Origin: a cyanobacterium endosymbiont of Epithemia turgida isolate EtSB Lake Yunoko
Lineage (GTDB): Bacteria; Cyanobacteriota; Cyanobacteriia; Cyanobacteriales; Microcystaceae
Assembly (NCBI RefSeq): GCF_000829235.1
Contig: NZ_AP012549.1
Location: 480,001 to 512,000, forward strand
Direction of reading: 5' to 3'
Length of the DNA: 32,000 nucleotides
Below, piece by piece: positions 10,864 through 19,289 of this stretch. Made by a program: the position numbers and the translations under genes. A model generated the notes under the pieces. That model saw nothing but the letters and a program-made list of their open reading frames with translations, was not told where the DNA came from and made no database searches. Numbering within the stretch: the first letter of the stretch is position 1; the number at the start of each line of letters is the position of its first letter.

Positions 10864-11508
10864 TTCGATAGAAATTAAAAAAAAAATGACTAAGCAATAA
10901 CTTTATGCTGGATGATAGAATTTATTAGACTTTAATATTCGATACTTGCTTGGTATTTTTAAACTTAGATTGCTTCTATTTAAAATAGATGAATGATTGG
11001 CTTTCAAGTTAACTCTAGACGACATATATGACTATAAATTTATGCCTAAGTTAAAACAAGATTTTACTGGTAAATTTTGGGGATACTAAGGAGATATTCT
11101 TTCAGAACTCTCTTAAGAACTCTGTCAACAAATACTTTAAGCAATTAAATAAAGTCAAAGGTTAGTGACACTAATTGATATAATTTTGCTTCGTCAGCAT
11201 TCTTTGATTAAAACAATTAACGATTAACTTAAACAAATCTTTGTAATTGAACATTAGTAGAGATTAAAATATTTAAAATTATTTTGTTAAACTTTGTACT
11301 CAACTGACAGCCTAATACCTATTTATCAGAAAACTCTTCTTTCGATTTAGAGTCAAAAGGCAAGTCGGCTTTCACCCCTTGTTGTTTTTGCAGTACTATT
11401 GTAGCCTTAATTATTGGCAGTTACTGTTCTCGATAATCGTCGACCTCGTCGTCTTTTGATTGAGACATTGAGAATAACAACCGTGTTTTTAAAACTCGTC
11501 GAACTCAC
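10864..11508 (+). repeat. Copy A of a diverged ~0.6 kb dispersed repeat (ORF-poor)
   Basis: Colinear with 17348-17944. Both share the 12-mer ttcgatagaaat (10864 / 17348). The alignment 10991-11150 vs 17477-17636 is gapless, with about 47 mismatches in 160 nt. Further blocks align (ttctttgattaaaaca / ctctttaatcaaaaca, agttactgtt, gtcgaactcac / gtttgactcac) with several indels. Confidence 0.8.
11064..11144 (-). other. Candidate small-ORF relic inside repeat copy A (LLKVFVDRVLKRVLKEYLLSIPKIYQ*)
   Basis: The minus-strand frame has a TTG at 11144 and is bounded upstream by a TAA that copy B shares. Against copy B, 17 of 26 residues are identical. Seven of the identical residues use different synonymous codons, and the remaining differences are I/L/V/F, E/Q and S/G. 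Confidence 0.3.
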
Positions 11509-11848
11509 ATTGAGTTGAACTGTCTCGCACCTCAAAGTATTGAAAATACTGACATTATTGGAAAGTTTCAATCATTAAAGATTTTATCAAGTCCGGTCGT
11601 GTCTGAACTTTGGATATTTAATTTGTTCCAGGATATATGTTTAGAATTTTTACTGGTGCTTAAACGCTTTATTTTTAGTCAACGGCCGATAGTAAACCAA
11701 TGGTTGACTATCGATAACGGATAATCAGATAAAGAATATTTTTCTTGGATTAATGAAGTACAACACATTAGGTTCAAAATTTATGACCCATTAGGGTTTA
11801 ACTTACTTTTGACAACAATTTTTTATTTTTGACACCTAGGGGGTTACT

Positions 11849-13246
11849 GTGAGCAAACAAAAAAAGTGGAGTGAGCGCTTTGAAGGCAATCTTCATCCTT
11901 CCATCGCTCGATTTAACGCTAGTATTAGCTTTGATATCGAATTACTTGAATATGATATAACAGGTTCTATTGCCCATGCCAAAATGTTAGCCCATACAGG
12001 AATTATTGCTGAGAGTGAAGCACAAAAATTAGTGCAAGGACTAGAAAAAATTCGTCAGGAACATCATAATGGAGAATTTATCCCTGGAATTGACGAAGAG
12101 GATGTTCATTTTGCAGTAGAAAAACGTTTAATAGATATTGTGGGGGATGTCGGCAAAAAACTTCACACAGCAAGATCCCGTAATGATCAAGTAGGGACTG
12201 ATATTCGTCTTTATCTACGAGATCAAATTAATAAAATTCGGAGTCAATTACGGGATTTTCAACAAGTCTTACTTGATCATGCTCAAAACCATGTAGAAAC
12301 GCTTATTCCAGGTTATACCCATCTACAACGGGCTCAACCGATCAGTTTAGCTCATCACCTATTAGCTTATTTCGAGATGGCACAACGAGACTGGGAACGA
12401 TTGGGAGAAATTTACGCTCGGACAAATATTTCTCCATTAGGATGTGGTGCATTGGCAGGAACAACATTTCCCATTGATCGTCAATATAGTGCCCAATTAT
12501 TAAAATTTGAAGGTATTTATGGCAATAGTTTGGACGGAGTGAGTGATCGTGATTTTGCTATCGAGTTTCTCAATGCTGCTAGTTTGATTATGGTTCATCT
12601 TAGCCGTCTAAGTGAAGAACTAATTTTTTGGGCTTCCCATGAATTTAAGTTTATCAGCCTTACCGATAGCTGCGCTACGGGGTCAAGTATAATGCCTCAA
12701 AAGAAAAATCCTGATGTTCCTGAGTTAGTCCGAGGAAAAACTGGACGAGTCTTTGGCCATTTACAAGGAATGCTAGTTTTAATGAAAGGGTTGCCTTTAT
12801 CTTACAATAAAGATCTCCAAGAAGACAAAGAAGGAATTTTTGACGGGGTGGCAACGGTTAAAAGTTGTTTGGAAGCCATGACAATTTTTTTAGGAGAAGG
12901 CATTGAGTTTTGTAAAGAACGTTTAGCTCAAGCAGTAGCCGAGGACTTTTCAAATGCGACAGACGTAGCCGATTATTTAGCTGTCCGCGGGATTCCTTTT
13001 CGGGAGGCTTATAATTTAGTAGGAAAGGTAGTGAAGACTAGTTTAGCATCGGGTAAGCTCCTTAAGGACTTATCTCTAGAGGAATGGCAAGCCTTACATC
13101 CTTTGTTTGAAGCTGATATTTACGAGATAATCGCCCCCAAACAGGTAGTAGCAGTTCGTAATAGCTACGGTGGAACTGGTTTCAAGCAAATTCACCAAGC
13201 TATTGCAAGGGCGAAAGCACAAATAGAATCTTCCCAACTACACTAA
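11849..13246 (+). CDS. argH: Argininosuccinate lyase
   Basis: 465 aa. N-terminus WSERFEG, fumarate-lyase signature [12 protein letters not shown], plus TARSRNDQV and [10 protein letters not shown]. Confidence 0.95.
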   Translation: MSKQKKWSERFEGNLHPSIARFNASISFDIELLEYDITGSIAHAKMLAHTGIIAESEAQKLVQGLEKIRQEHHNGEFIPGIDEEDVHFAVEKRLIDIVGDVGKKLHTARSRNDQVGTDIRLYLRDQINKIRSQLRDFQQVLLDHAQNHVETLIPGYTHLQRAQPISLAHHLLAYFEMAQRDWERLGEIYARTNISPLGCGALAGTTFPIDRQYSAQLLKFEGIYGNSLDGVSDRDFAIEFLNAASLIMVHLSRLSEELIFWASHEFKFISLTDSCATGSSIMPQKKNPDVPELVRGKTGRVFGHLQGMLVLMKGLPLSYNKDLQEDKEGIFDGVATVKSCLEAMTIFLGEGIEFCKERLAQAVAEDFSNATDVADYLAVRGIPFREAYNLVGKVVKTSLASGKLLKDLSLEEWQALHPLFEADIYEIIAPKQVVAVRNSYGGTGFKQIHQAIARAKAQIESSQLH

Positions 13247-14930
13247 AATCTTAGTCTTCATCTTTTAAGACTGTAAATTGATTGCGGCGATATATTAAAC
13301 CATCATGAGAGTTATATCTCATCTTTTTACCCCCTAACCTAAGCAACTATATATTCTCATTCTTGTTGATGAACGTATTGTATTTATACGACTGAGGCAT
13401 ACAAGTACGGTGGATATTTTCTAGAGAACTTGTGGACTGGAGAGAAAATATTCTAACAACAATCAACGGGAATTGTTAGGATAAGCCTGCTTAAAATTGT
13501 TGCAAATTTGCCGTGTAGTCGGGATTTATGCTTCTACTCATCAAAATCATAAAGTTTGTTTCTATATTTTAAAGGAGATGTGATCTGAACTTAAGCGATT
13601 AACGATCTCTATGGAAGTTTATGCTATCATTTCCCTTCAGAAGAGGGAATGGGGATGATGGCAACAGTAAAAATTGGAGTTGGAACTAGTCTGTTTCCTC
13701 TCTTAATCAGTCAGTTTAAAATCTTCATCTTTTTCTTTTGAGAACAAGCAGTATTGACAGTAGTTTCAATCCCTTATCACACACCTTTCTGTATTTCCCT
13801 TGACCCGTTGTCTTACTTAATAGCGGATTTAAATTTAATTATGGAGCTTATAATAACGGCAGTGGGCAAATTAGTCCATTAAGTCTTTATCGGTTACTCA
13901 ATCAATTGTTTCATTGAGACCTTAAAAATTTTTATATTTTTAAATTAGCGAGTATTTAAAAATTTTTGTTCAATAGTTTTCAATTAAGTTTAAATCAGTG
14001 GAATGTATAGAGATAAAAGTAAGACTTGTACTCGAATAGATTCCATTATTTATCTAACTTTTATTGTTTGACAAGCTGATAAATTATCCATAATTACACC
14101 AGTTTTTATCCACCGTCATGGCATCAAGATTTTTTTATTAAAGATAAAAAAATTTTTTTGTTTGCCTATAGTTAAAAAATAAAAACGACTACACAATCAA
14201 ATGTAGCAAGCGCTCTGATTAACGGAATATTTTTCATAGACTAGGTTTCCTTTAGTCGCTCTGGCACAGTAATAAGTAATGGATAGATAACTTTGGTTTT
14301 GTCAATAAAAACTAAATATGAAAGTGTGGTTTGTTTAAGTATCGTTAATGTTAAGTAATGATATCCCAATCAAAAGTATTTTTTCTTGATCATGGGAAAA
14401 TAATTCTACAATTTTTATTGCTTTCTAAGGTCTAAGGAGACAATTAACAAAACTATAATTGGTTTGAAAGTGCCATGTCAGTTATTGAGTTTATTTATTG
14501 GTCTTGTTGTTAGTTTTGCTAATGCTAGTGGAACTATTTATATAGTCTACTTATATTAGTAAGTTAAACTACTTTTTTTGTTCTTTTAACTTTAATTTAT
14601 CCAGGTACTCCTTATAAATTAGTTTTTTGTGTTTATTAACTTTAACTAAAAACTTAATTAGAGGTTATATTAGCAGTCTCTATTTCTGTAAAATATCGAT
14701 GACTATAATTTTAACATGAGTCAACAGGGTTTTAAAAAAGAACTTATTATTTTTATTTAAATTATTAAAGTGATTATAAAAAATAATCACTTTAATAAAA
14801 GGTGAAGCTAGTTTACATATTTTTACTATAAGTGACGTTTATCATTGTTGTTAGAGATACTATAAGATATCAATTTTTTACTCAAATTAAAGAGAATTTT
14901 ACTTAATCATTCTGTGAATTGTTATCTATC
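13247..14930. other. 1.7 kb ORF-free AT-rich spacer downstream of both argH and the SWIM gene
   Basis: No ORF of 60 aa or more in any frame. Only short stop-riddled frames. Confidence 0.8.
14762..14798 (-). terminator. 16-bp perfect hairpin about 130 nt downstream of the SWIM gene (weak terminator candidate)
   Basis: ttattaaagtgattat (14762-14777) / ataatcactttaataa (14783-14798) with loop aaaaa. AT-rich stem and no clean U-tract. Confidence 0.25.
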
Positions 14931-15794
14931 TTAGACTTTACGATTCAATGCCTCCATTACTGCATATTGACTCATGTTTTTATAAACTTGTTGTAGATGT
15001 TGTTGAGCGACTCGTGCTTCTTCATAAGTTAAAGTAATTCTTCCCAAAATATTTAACACTGTTTGATCATCAGATGGGGGAATAATAACGATTAGTGAGG
15101 AATCTAATCCTCTCTTATACTGCCAAAATTTAGTAAAGTCTAAAATCTTAGATTTTTCTGCTTGGTGATTTAATGTTTCTGTTATTTCTGGCAATTTATC
15201 TTTATTTTTCGTTAATTTTCTGTCTTTCTGCTGATTAAGTTTATGAAGGCGTAGCTGACGTAAAGCATCAAGAATTTGCTCCTTTGTTCTTCCTCTTAAT
15301 TTAAAGATTGTAAAAGGATCTTCCCTAAAATACTCAGCTAATTGATAATAAACTGCCCCAATATGTTTACAAAGGTTAGCTTTGTCGGGACAACTACAAC
15401 AAGCATTAATATCTGACAAGGTAAAAGGAAAAACACTAAGTCCGTTATTAATAAAAACTTCTTCAATATTTTCTGGCATTTTTCCGGCTAATAATTGGGC
15501 TGAAAAAATTGCTTTCTCAGATAAACTCTCAATAATATAATCCCAATCTTTATCAACAAAAGGAACTAATGAAAGTGATACTTGATAGGGATTAATATCA
15601 CTACCTTGAACTTTTGCAAATACTTTTGCGTCTTCAAATTTAATACTTAAAATTTTTCCTTCTCTTGCATAAATTCTAGCCCGTTCTAATCGTTTTTTAA
15701 ATCTATAAGAATCCAGCAATTCCAACCAACGTTCTACCCACCATTCCTTGTGATATAAAGTCTCGTCACTGTTTGATGAATTAGAATTAGTCAT
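14931..15794 (-). CDS. SWIM zinc-finger domain protein (bacterial YwqB-like family)
   Basis: 287 aa with the CxC-x(n)-CxH SWIM signature CCSCPDKANLCKHIGAVYY. The N-terminal WWVERWLELL...RLERARIYAREG region is typical of SWIM proteins that usually accompany SNF2 helicases. Confidence 0.8.
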   Translation of the reverse strand: MTNSNSSNSDETLYHKEWWVERWLELLDSYRFKKRLERARIYAREGKILSIKFEDAKVFAKVQGSDINPYQVSLSLVPFVDKDWDYIIESLSEKAIFSAQLLAGKMPENIEEVFINNGLSVFPFTLSDINACCSCPDKANLCKHIGAVYYQLAEYFREDPFTIFKLRGRTKEQILDALRQLRLHKLNQQKDRKLTKNKDKLPEITETLNHQAEKSKILDFTKFWQYKRGLDSSLIVIIPPSDDQTVLNILGRITLTYEEARVAQQHLQQVYKNMSQYAVMEALNRKV

Positions 15795-15808
15795 AATCTT
15801 GTTGTCTT

Positions 15809-16576
15809 TTAGTTAGAAGGGGTTTGTTGTAAATTTCTAGCTTTATAAAAAGTCTCTAAACTTTCTTGATCTCCCACATATCGCCAGTGCCAGGGTTCAT
15901 AACTAATGCCTTGGTGATTATCAGGGGGAAAAGACAGCTCAAAACTGTACTTAGCAGCATGATTTTTTAACCAGCTAAAAGCAGCTGTTTTCTCAAAATC
16001 AAGGCTTAAATGGGTAGCAGGGGTTTTAGCATCGCCAATATCTACCGCATATCCAGTATGGTGTTCACTATAGTTAGGGGGTGCACTCACTTCAGCACGT
16101 TCACTAGGATTTTGGTTCCGTTGTCGTTGGATTTCAAAAAATAAGTAGTTTTGTTCAGAAACCGTCCTAAATCCTGAAATAGGAGTCAGAATAATTCCTT
16201 TATCTCGAGCTGCCTTTTGCATTTCTATGAATTGCTCAGCTGCATTAAGACGCAATCGGACGTGTCCATCAGAAGTAATTGCTTTCAATGTTGATATGGG
16301 AGCTTGTTTATATTCTAAATGTCCAAGAACATTTTCTAATGGCTCGGGAGAAGGATTAACTACTGGGATTGATTTTGGGACGGGAGAAAGTTGAATCGAG
16401 ATTGCAGAAGATGAGGATGTGGTTGATGGTAAAGGAACTAGACGCATGAAGAAAGTTCCACCTAAAATCAGAATAGGCCCTGCCCCTAGAATGCTTCGTA
16501 TTAACAATTTTCGTTTTTGTTGTATCTTGGCTTTACTGATAGAAGTTTCTCTTAAAGCCTCTGGAATATCATTCAT
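15809..16576 (-). CDS. D-alanyl-D-alanine carboxypeptidase, peptidase M15B (VanY-like), with N-terminal membrane anchor
   Basis: Motifs SGFRTVSEQ, SEHHTGYAVDIGD and EPWHWRY (zinc ligands and catalytic residues of the VanY family). TM segment ILGAGPILILGGTFF. Its stop lies 14 nt before the SWIM start, so the two are probably co-transcribed. Confidence 0.85.
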   Translation of the reverse strand: MNDIPEALRETSISKAKIQQKRKLLIRSILGAGPILILGGTFFMRLVPLPSTTSSSSAISIQLSPVPKSIPVVNPSPEPLENVLGHLEYKQAPISTLKAITSDGHVRLRLNAAEQFIEMQKAARDKGIILTPISGFRTVSEQNYLFFEIQRQRNQNPSERAEVSAPPNYSEHHTGYAVDIGDAKTPATHLSLDFEKTAAFSWLKNHAAKYSFELSFPPDNHQGISYEPWHWRYVGDQESLETFYKARNLQQTPSN

Positions 16577-17347
16577 GTCATGATCGTATAATTAATAGTT
16601 CATTGAACATTGTTGATGTATTATCGTTTTTTGTCTACTCTCAACATTTGCCAATTTTATAGGAATTTTCAATTTAGTAGATAAAATTGACAGTAATGAG
16701 TCAATATGTCAATTATATTTTATTCAGTACTTAAGATAGATAGAATATAGCTTTATTAAACATTTAATTAAGTTTGTTTCATGATTTATTTCAGATTTGG
16801 TAAGCTCTATATTAATAAATATAACTCTGGGAAATATCACTGTTTCTTTCTCTCTATAGTTAATTTTAAATTGTACTGACTACTTATAATGAATTTATTG
16901 CTTAAAACTTAGTATTATGTTGAATGAATAGCCAATAATAATTAATTTATCTGTTTTTTAGAACTATTTGCTAGGGAGTTAATAATTTTAGGAAAATTTC
17001 TGAAAGTAATGGAATATATACTCATTTTTTAAAATTTTATGGATTGCTCAATATCTGCAATAAAAATTTATTAAAACAGAATAAATCTAAAATCAGTAAA
17101 TATTTGAGCTATAAACTATAATTAGATTCGATATGTATTGAGTAAAAAACAGAGAATCAATATAAATTTTACCAAGACTAAAAAAAAATATTGTTATTTA
17201 AGTAATAATAAATAATTATTAAATTTTTCATACAATCAATTAAAATTTAAATAAATGTAGCTTATGCCCTAGACAATAATTTAAATACACTGTTTTTTTA
17301 TAGGTTTAGAAAGGAAAAATCACAGACATTGGTTTCATTCATTTTCT

Positions 17348-17944
17348 TTCGATAGAAATCTATTATGAGACTAGTATTGAACACATAGAGTTTTTAAATG
17401 TTTAGTTGTATGGAACTAAAATCTTTTTGTTTGGCATTATAGATTTGAACTATATTCAGTTATAAACGATCACAGGGAATTATTGACTTTGAAGTGAATT
17501 ACAAGCAACACAGATAATCATCGATCTGTTCCTAAGTTAAGAAATAATTTAATTGGTAAATTTTGGGAAACCCGAGTATATATTGTTTAATAACTCTTTT
17601 AAAGACTCTATCAATAACGACTTTAATTAATTACTTGTGATCAACAGAAAACAAAAAAAGGAGTTGGTGGAACTAACTATTATTATCTCACTTTATAAGC
17701 GCTCTTTAATCAAAACAGTCAAGGGACAACTTTATAATATCTCTCCGATTGAATCTTCTAGAAATAGAAGTGTTTAGAACTATTTAAGCTAAAAAGAGAA
17801 GTTTGTATTGTGTCCGACTGAGTTAAAATAATCATTTCTGTCTTGCTTTATTGTTAGTAGTTACTGTTTTAGGCAATTATCAATCTTGTCTTTTTGTTTA
17901 CTCAAATATTGAGTAAATGTGCTTACAGCCTAGTTTGACTCACC
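17348..17944 (+). repeat. Copy B of the diverged ~0.6 kb dispersed repeat
   Basis: See copy A. It has the same orientation, offset +6486 nt in the gapless core. Relative to A it carries a ~16-nt insertion near 17646-17662, a ~75-nt deletion near 17835-17860 and extra stop codons. Confidence 0.8.
17532..17630 (-). other. Copy-B counterpart of the small-ORF relic (LIKVVIDRVFKRVIKQYILGFPKIYQLNYFLT*)
   Basis: 32 codons lie between a TAA and a TAG, both shared with copy A. There is no canonical start (TTA/ATT where A has TTG). Confidence 0.25.
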
Positions 17945-17960
17945 TATAAATGGCTTCTTA

Positions 17961-18141
17961 GAGGATAAAACAAAATAATAGTATATACCTAAAAAATTAG
18001 ATATATACTAGTATAACTAATTGTGACTATTATTAGTATAGCTGATGGCTACAATTAGAAATATGTTTAATGGTTATATTTATAGCAAGTTTCTTGGTCA
18101 TATAAGTCAGTCTTATCACAAAATAGTATTATTTTATCCTC
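17961..18141. repeat. 181-bp segment bounded by imperfect terminal inverted repeats (MITE-like, speculative)
   Basis: Left end is gaggataaaacaaaataatagtat. The reverse complement of the right end is gaggataaaataatactatt. That gives 10 perfect bp plus 8 of 10 after a 5-nt indel. No target-site duplication seen. Confidence 0.2.
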
Positions 18142-19234
18142 AAATTATTAAGGAAAAAATTAGATATTTTTTCCAAGAAGTTTGTTGCTTCAATAGTTCC
18201 CCAAAGATACTTCACTGTTGTAGTGATTAATTACTGCAATAGATGTATCTATCTGGTTAAAAGACAGCTTCTTTATATGCTTGTATGTTTATAGTAAAAA
18301 ATGCAGATTTATCAATTACCATCTTAGTAAATACTTAAGCAATCACATAATAATCATTTATTTGAAAGAAAAATACTGATAAATAATATGGTTTACCAAG
18401 GAAAATATACTGACTCTTTGTCAACTGTTTATAAGCTAATAATTACTAAAAATATTAGACACAATTAATTGATCAATAATTTTATTTTTTTTTATAAAAA
18501 TTACAAGGAAGTTCGCTTTGTTAATTATGGCAATCGCGAATAAATTTTTTATTATTAAGTTCCGTGACTATCTTTTATATATTTTCTGTTAGTTTCGTAA
18601 GTTTTAAAAATTTATTTCTTAAAGTTTGTCAATTTTATTGACTCTTTATAAGTTAAAAGAAACTATTCGATAAGGTTTTTAAAAACCCTATTATTTAATG
18701 CTGTCAAACATACCAAAATTTAGAAAATTTATGATGTAATATTAACATCAAACTTTTTTCTCCTTAAATAAGCAAAGTTAAACACAATTAGTTTTAACAT
18801 AGTTACTATACTACTTAGATTTAATAAATAAGAACATGAATTTCTTTATTTATTAAATATTTAAATACCAACCTGTTAGTTATTTCAATATTTATCGTAC
18901 TTTGTAGTTATAATATATTTTTTGATAAATTTTTTATAGTCATACGTATACGTATATACTAAAAATATAATAGAATAATACAGTTTTTTTGTTTTTATTA
19001 AGGGGTTTATATTTAATTTAAGAAATCTTTTTCTACCAAACAAGAATACTTTTTTTCTCTAAATCTATTAAGGTATTTTATTCTAAATTTTTCATATATA
19101 CTAATATTGTTTTTGATAAAGCTACATAGAATTTATTGATATTTTTAAAACATTTAATTTATGTTGTTTTCTCTGCTTATAAATTATGACTTAGCTGTTC
19201 GGTAGTTCTATAACCATAACAACTAAAATAAAAC

Positions 19235-19288
19235 TATCCTAAGTTATAGGGGAAATAAAATATTTTATTTCCCCTATAACTTAGGATA
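19235..19288 (-). terminator. 54-nt perfect palindrome (27-bp stem) 1 nt after the malic-enzyme stop; probable intrinsic terminator
   Basis: tatcctaagttataggggaaataaaat / attttatttcccctataacttaggata are exact reverse complements. On the minus strand the hairpin is followed by GUUUUAUUUUAG. Confidence 0.6.
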
Positions 19289-19289
19289 A

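Larger units (their letters stand above)
16577..19234. other. 2.7 kb ORF-free AT-rich spacer containing repeat copy B
   Basis: Only one 61-aa low-complexity ORF. G+C is very low by eye. Confidence 0.8.

Noticed and set aside
11070-11165. Plus-strand reading of the repeat core (LVNFGDTKEIFFQNSLKNSVNKYFKQLNKVKG in A, LVNFGKPEYILFNNSFKDSINNDFN in B).
   Set aside because: It uses the same triplet phase as the minus-strand frame. It gives only 12 of 25 identities with several radical replacements (D/K, T/P, E/Y, Y/D), whereas the minus-strand reading gives 17 of 26 identities and only conservative changes.
11171-11254. Intact 27-codon minus-strand ORF in repeat copy A (MFNYKDLFKLIVNCFNQRMLTKQNYIN) that looks conservatively substituted against copy B.
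   Set aside because: Differences are spread 12/9/9 over codon positions 1/2/3, so there is no coding periodicity, and copy B has two stops in it. The apparent conservation is what 65-70% DNA identity in AT-rich codons produces.
11515-11724. 69-aa plus-strand ORF upstream of argH, and the 61-aa ORF at 18045-18230.
   Set aside because: Neither has a recognisable motif. The first has a TTG start and a composition like the surrounding spacer. They are not conserved between the two repeat copies. They are most likely chance ORFs.
11758-11772. NtcA-like half-matches (GTA-N8-TAG at 11758 upstream of argH, GTA-N8-TAA at about 24431 upstream of modA).
   Set aside because: Neither matches the GTA-N8-TAC consensus exactly, I could not place a properly spaced -10 box with confidence, and such near-matches are common in AT-rich DNA.
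13640-13740. Small hydrophobic ORFs in the argH-SWIM desert (MGMMATVKIGVGTSLFPLLISQFKIFIFFF at about 13651, and a GTG-initiated 29-aa peptide at about 14470).
   Set aside because: They have no SD at proper spacing and no resemblance to the known small photosystem, cytochrome or NDH subunits I could recall. They are of a length and composition expected by chance.
3040-19289. Search for CRISPR arrays, tRNA/tmRNA/SRP/RNase P-like RNAs, and group I/II intron or retron signatures in the deserts.
   Set aside because: I found no regularly spaced direct repeats, no GGTTCGAATCC-type T-arm or other G/C-rich structured segments, and no reverse-transcriptase or Cas ORFs. Nothing supports these calls by eye. 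A cmsearch/tRNAscan run would be the definitive check.
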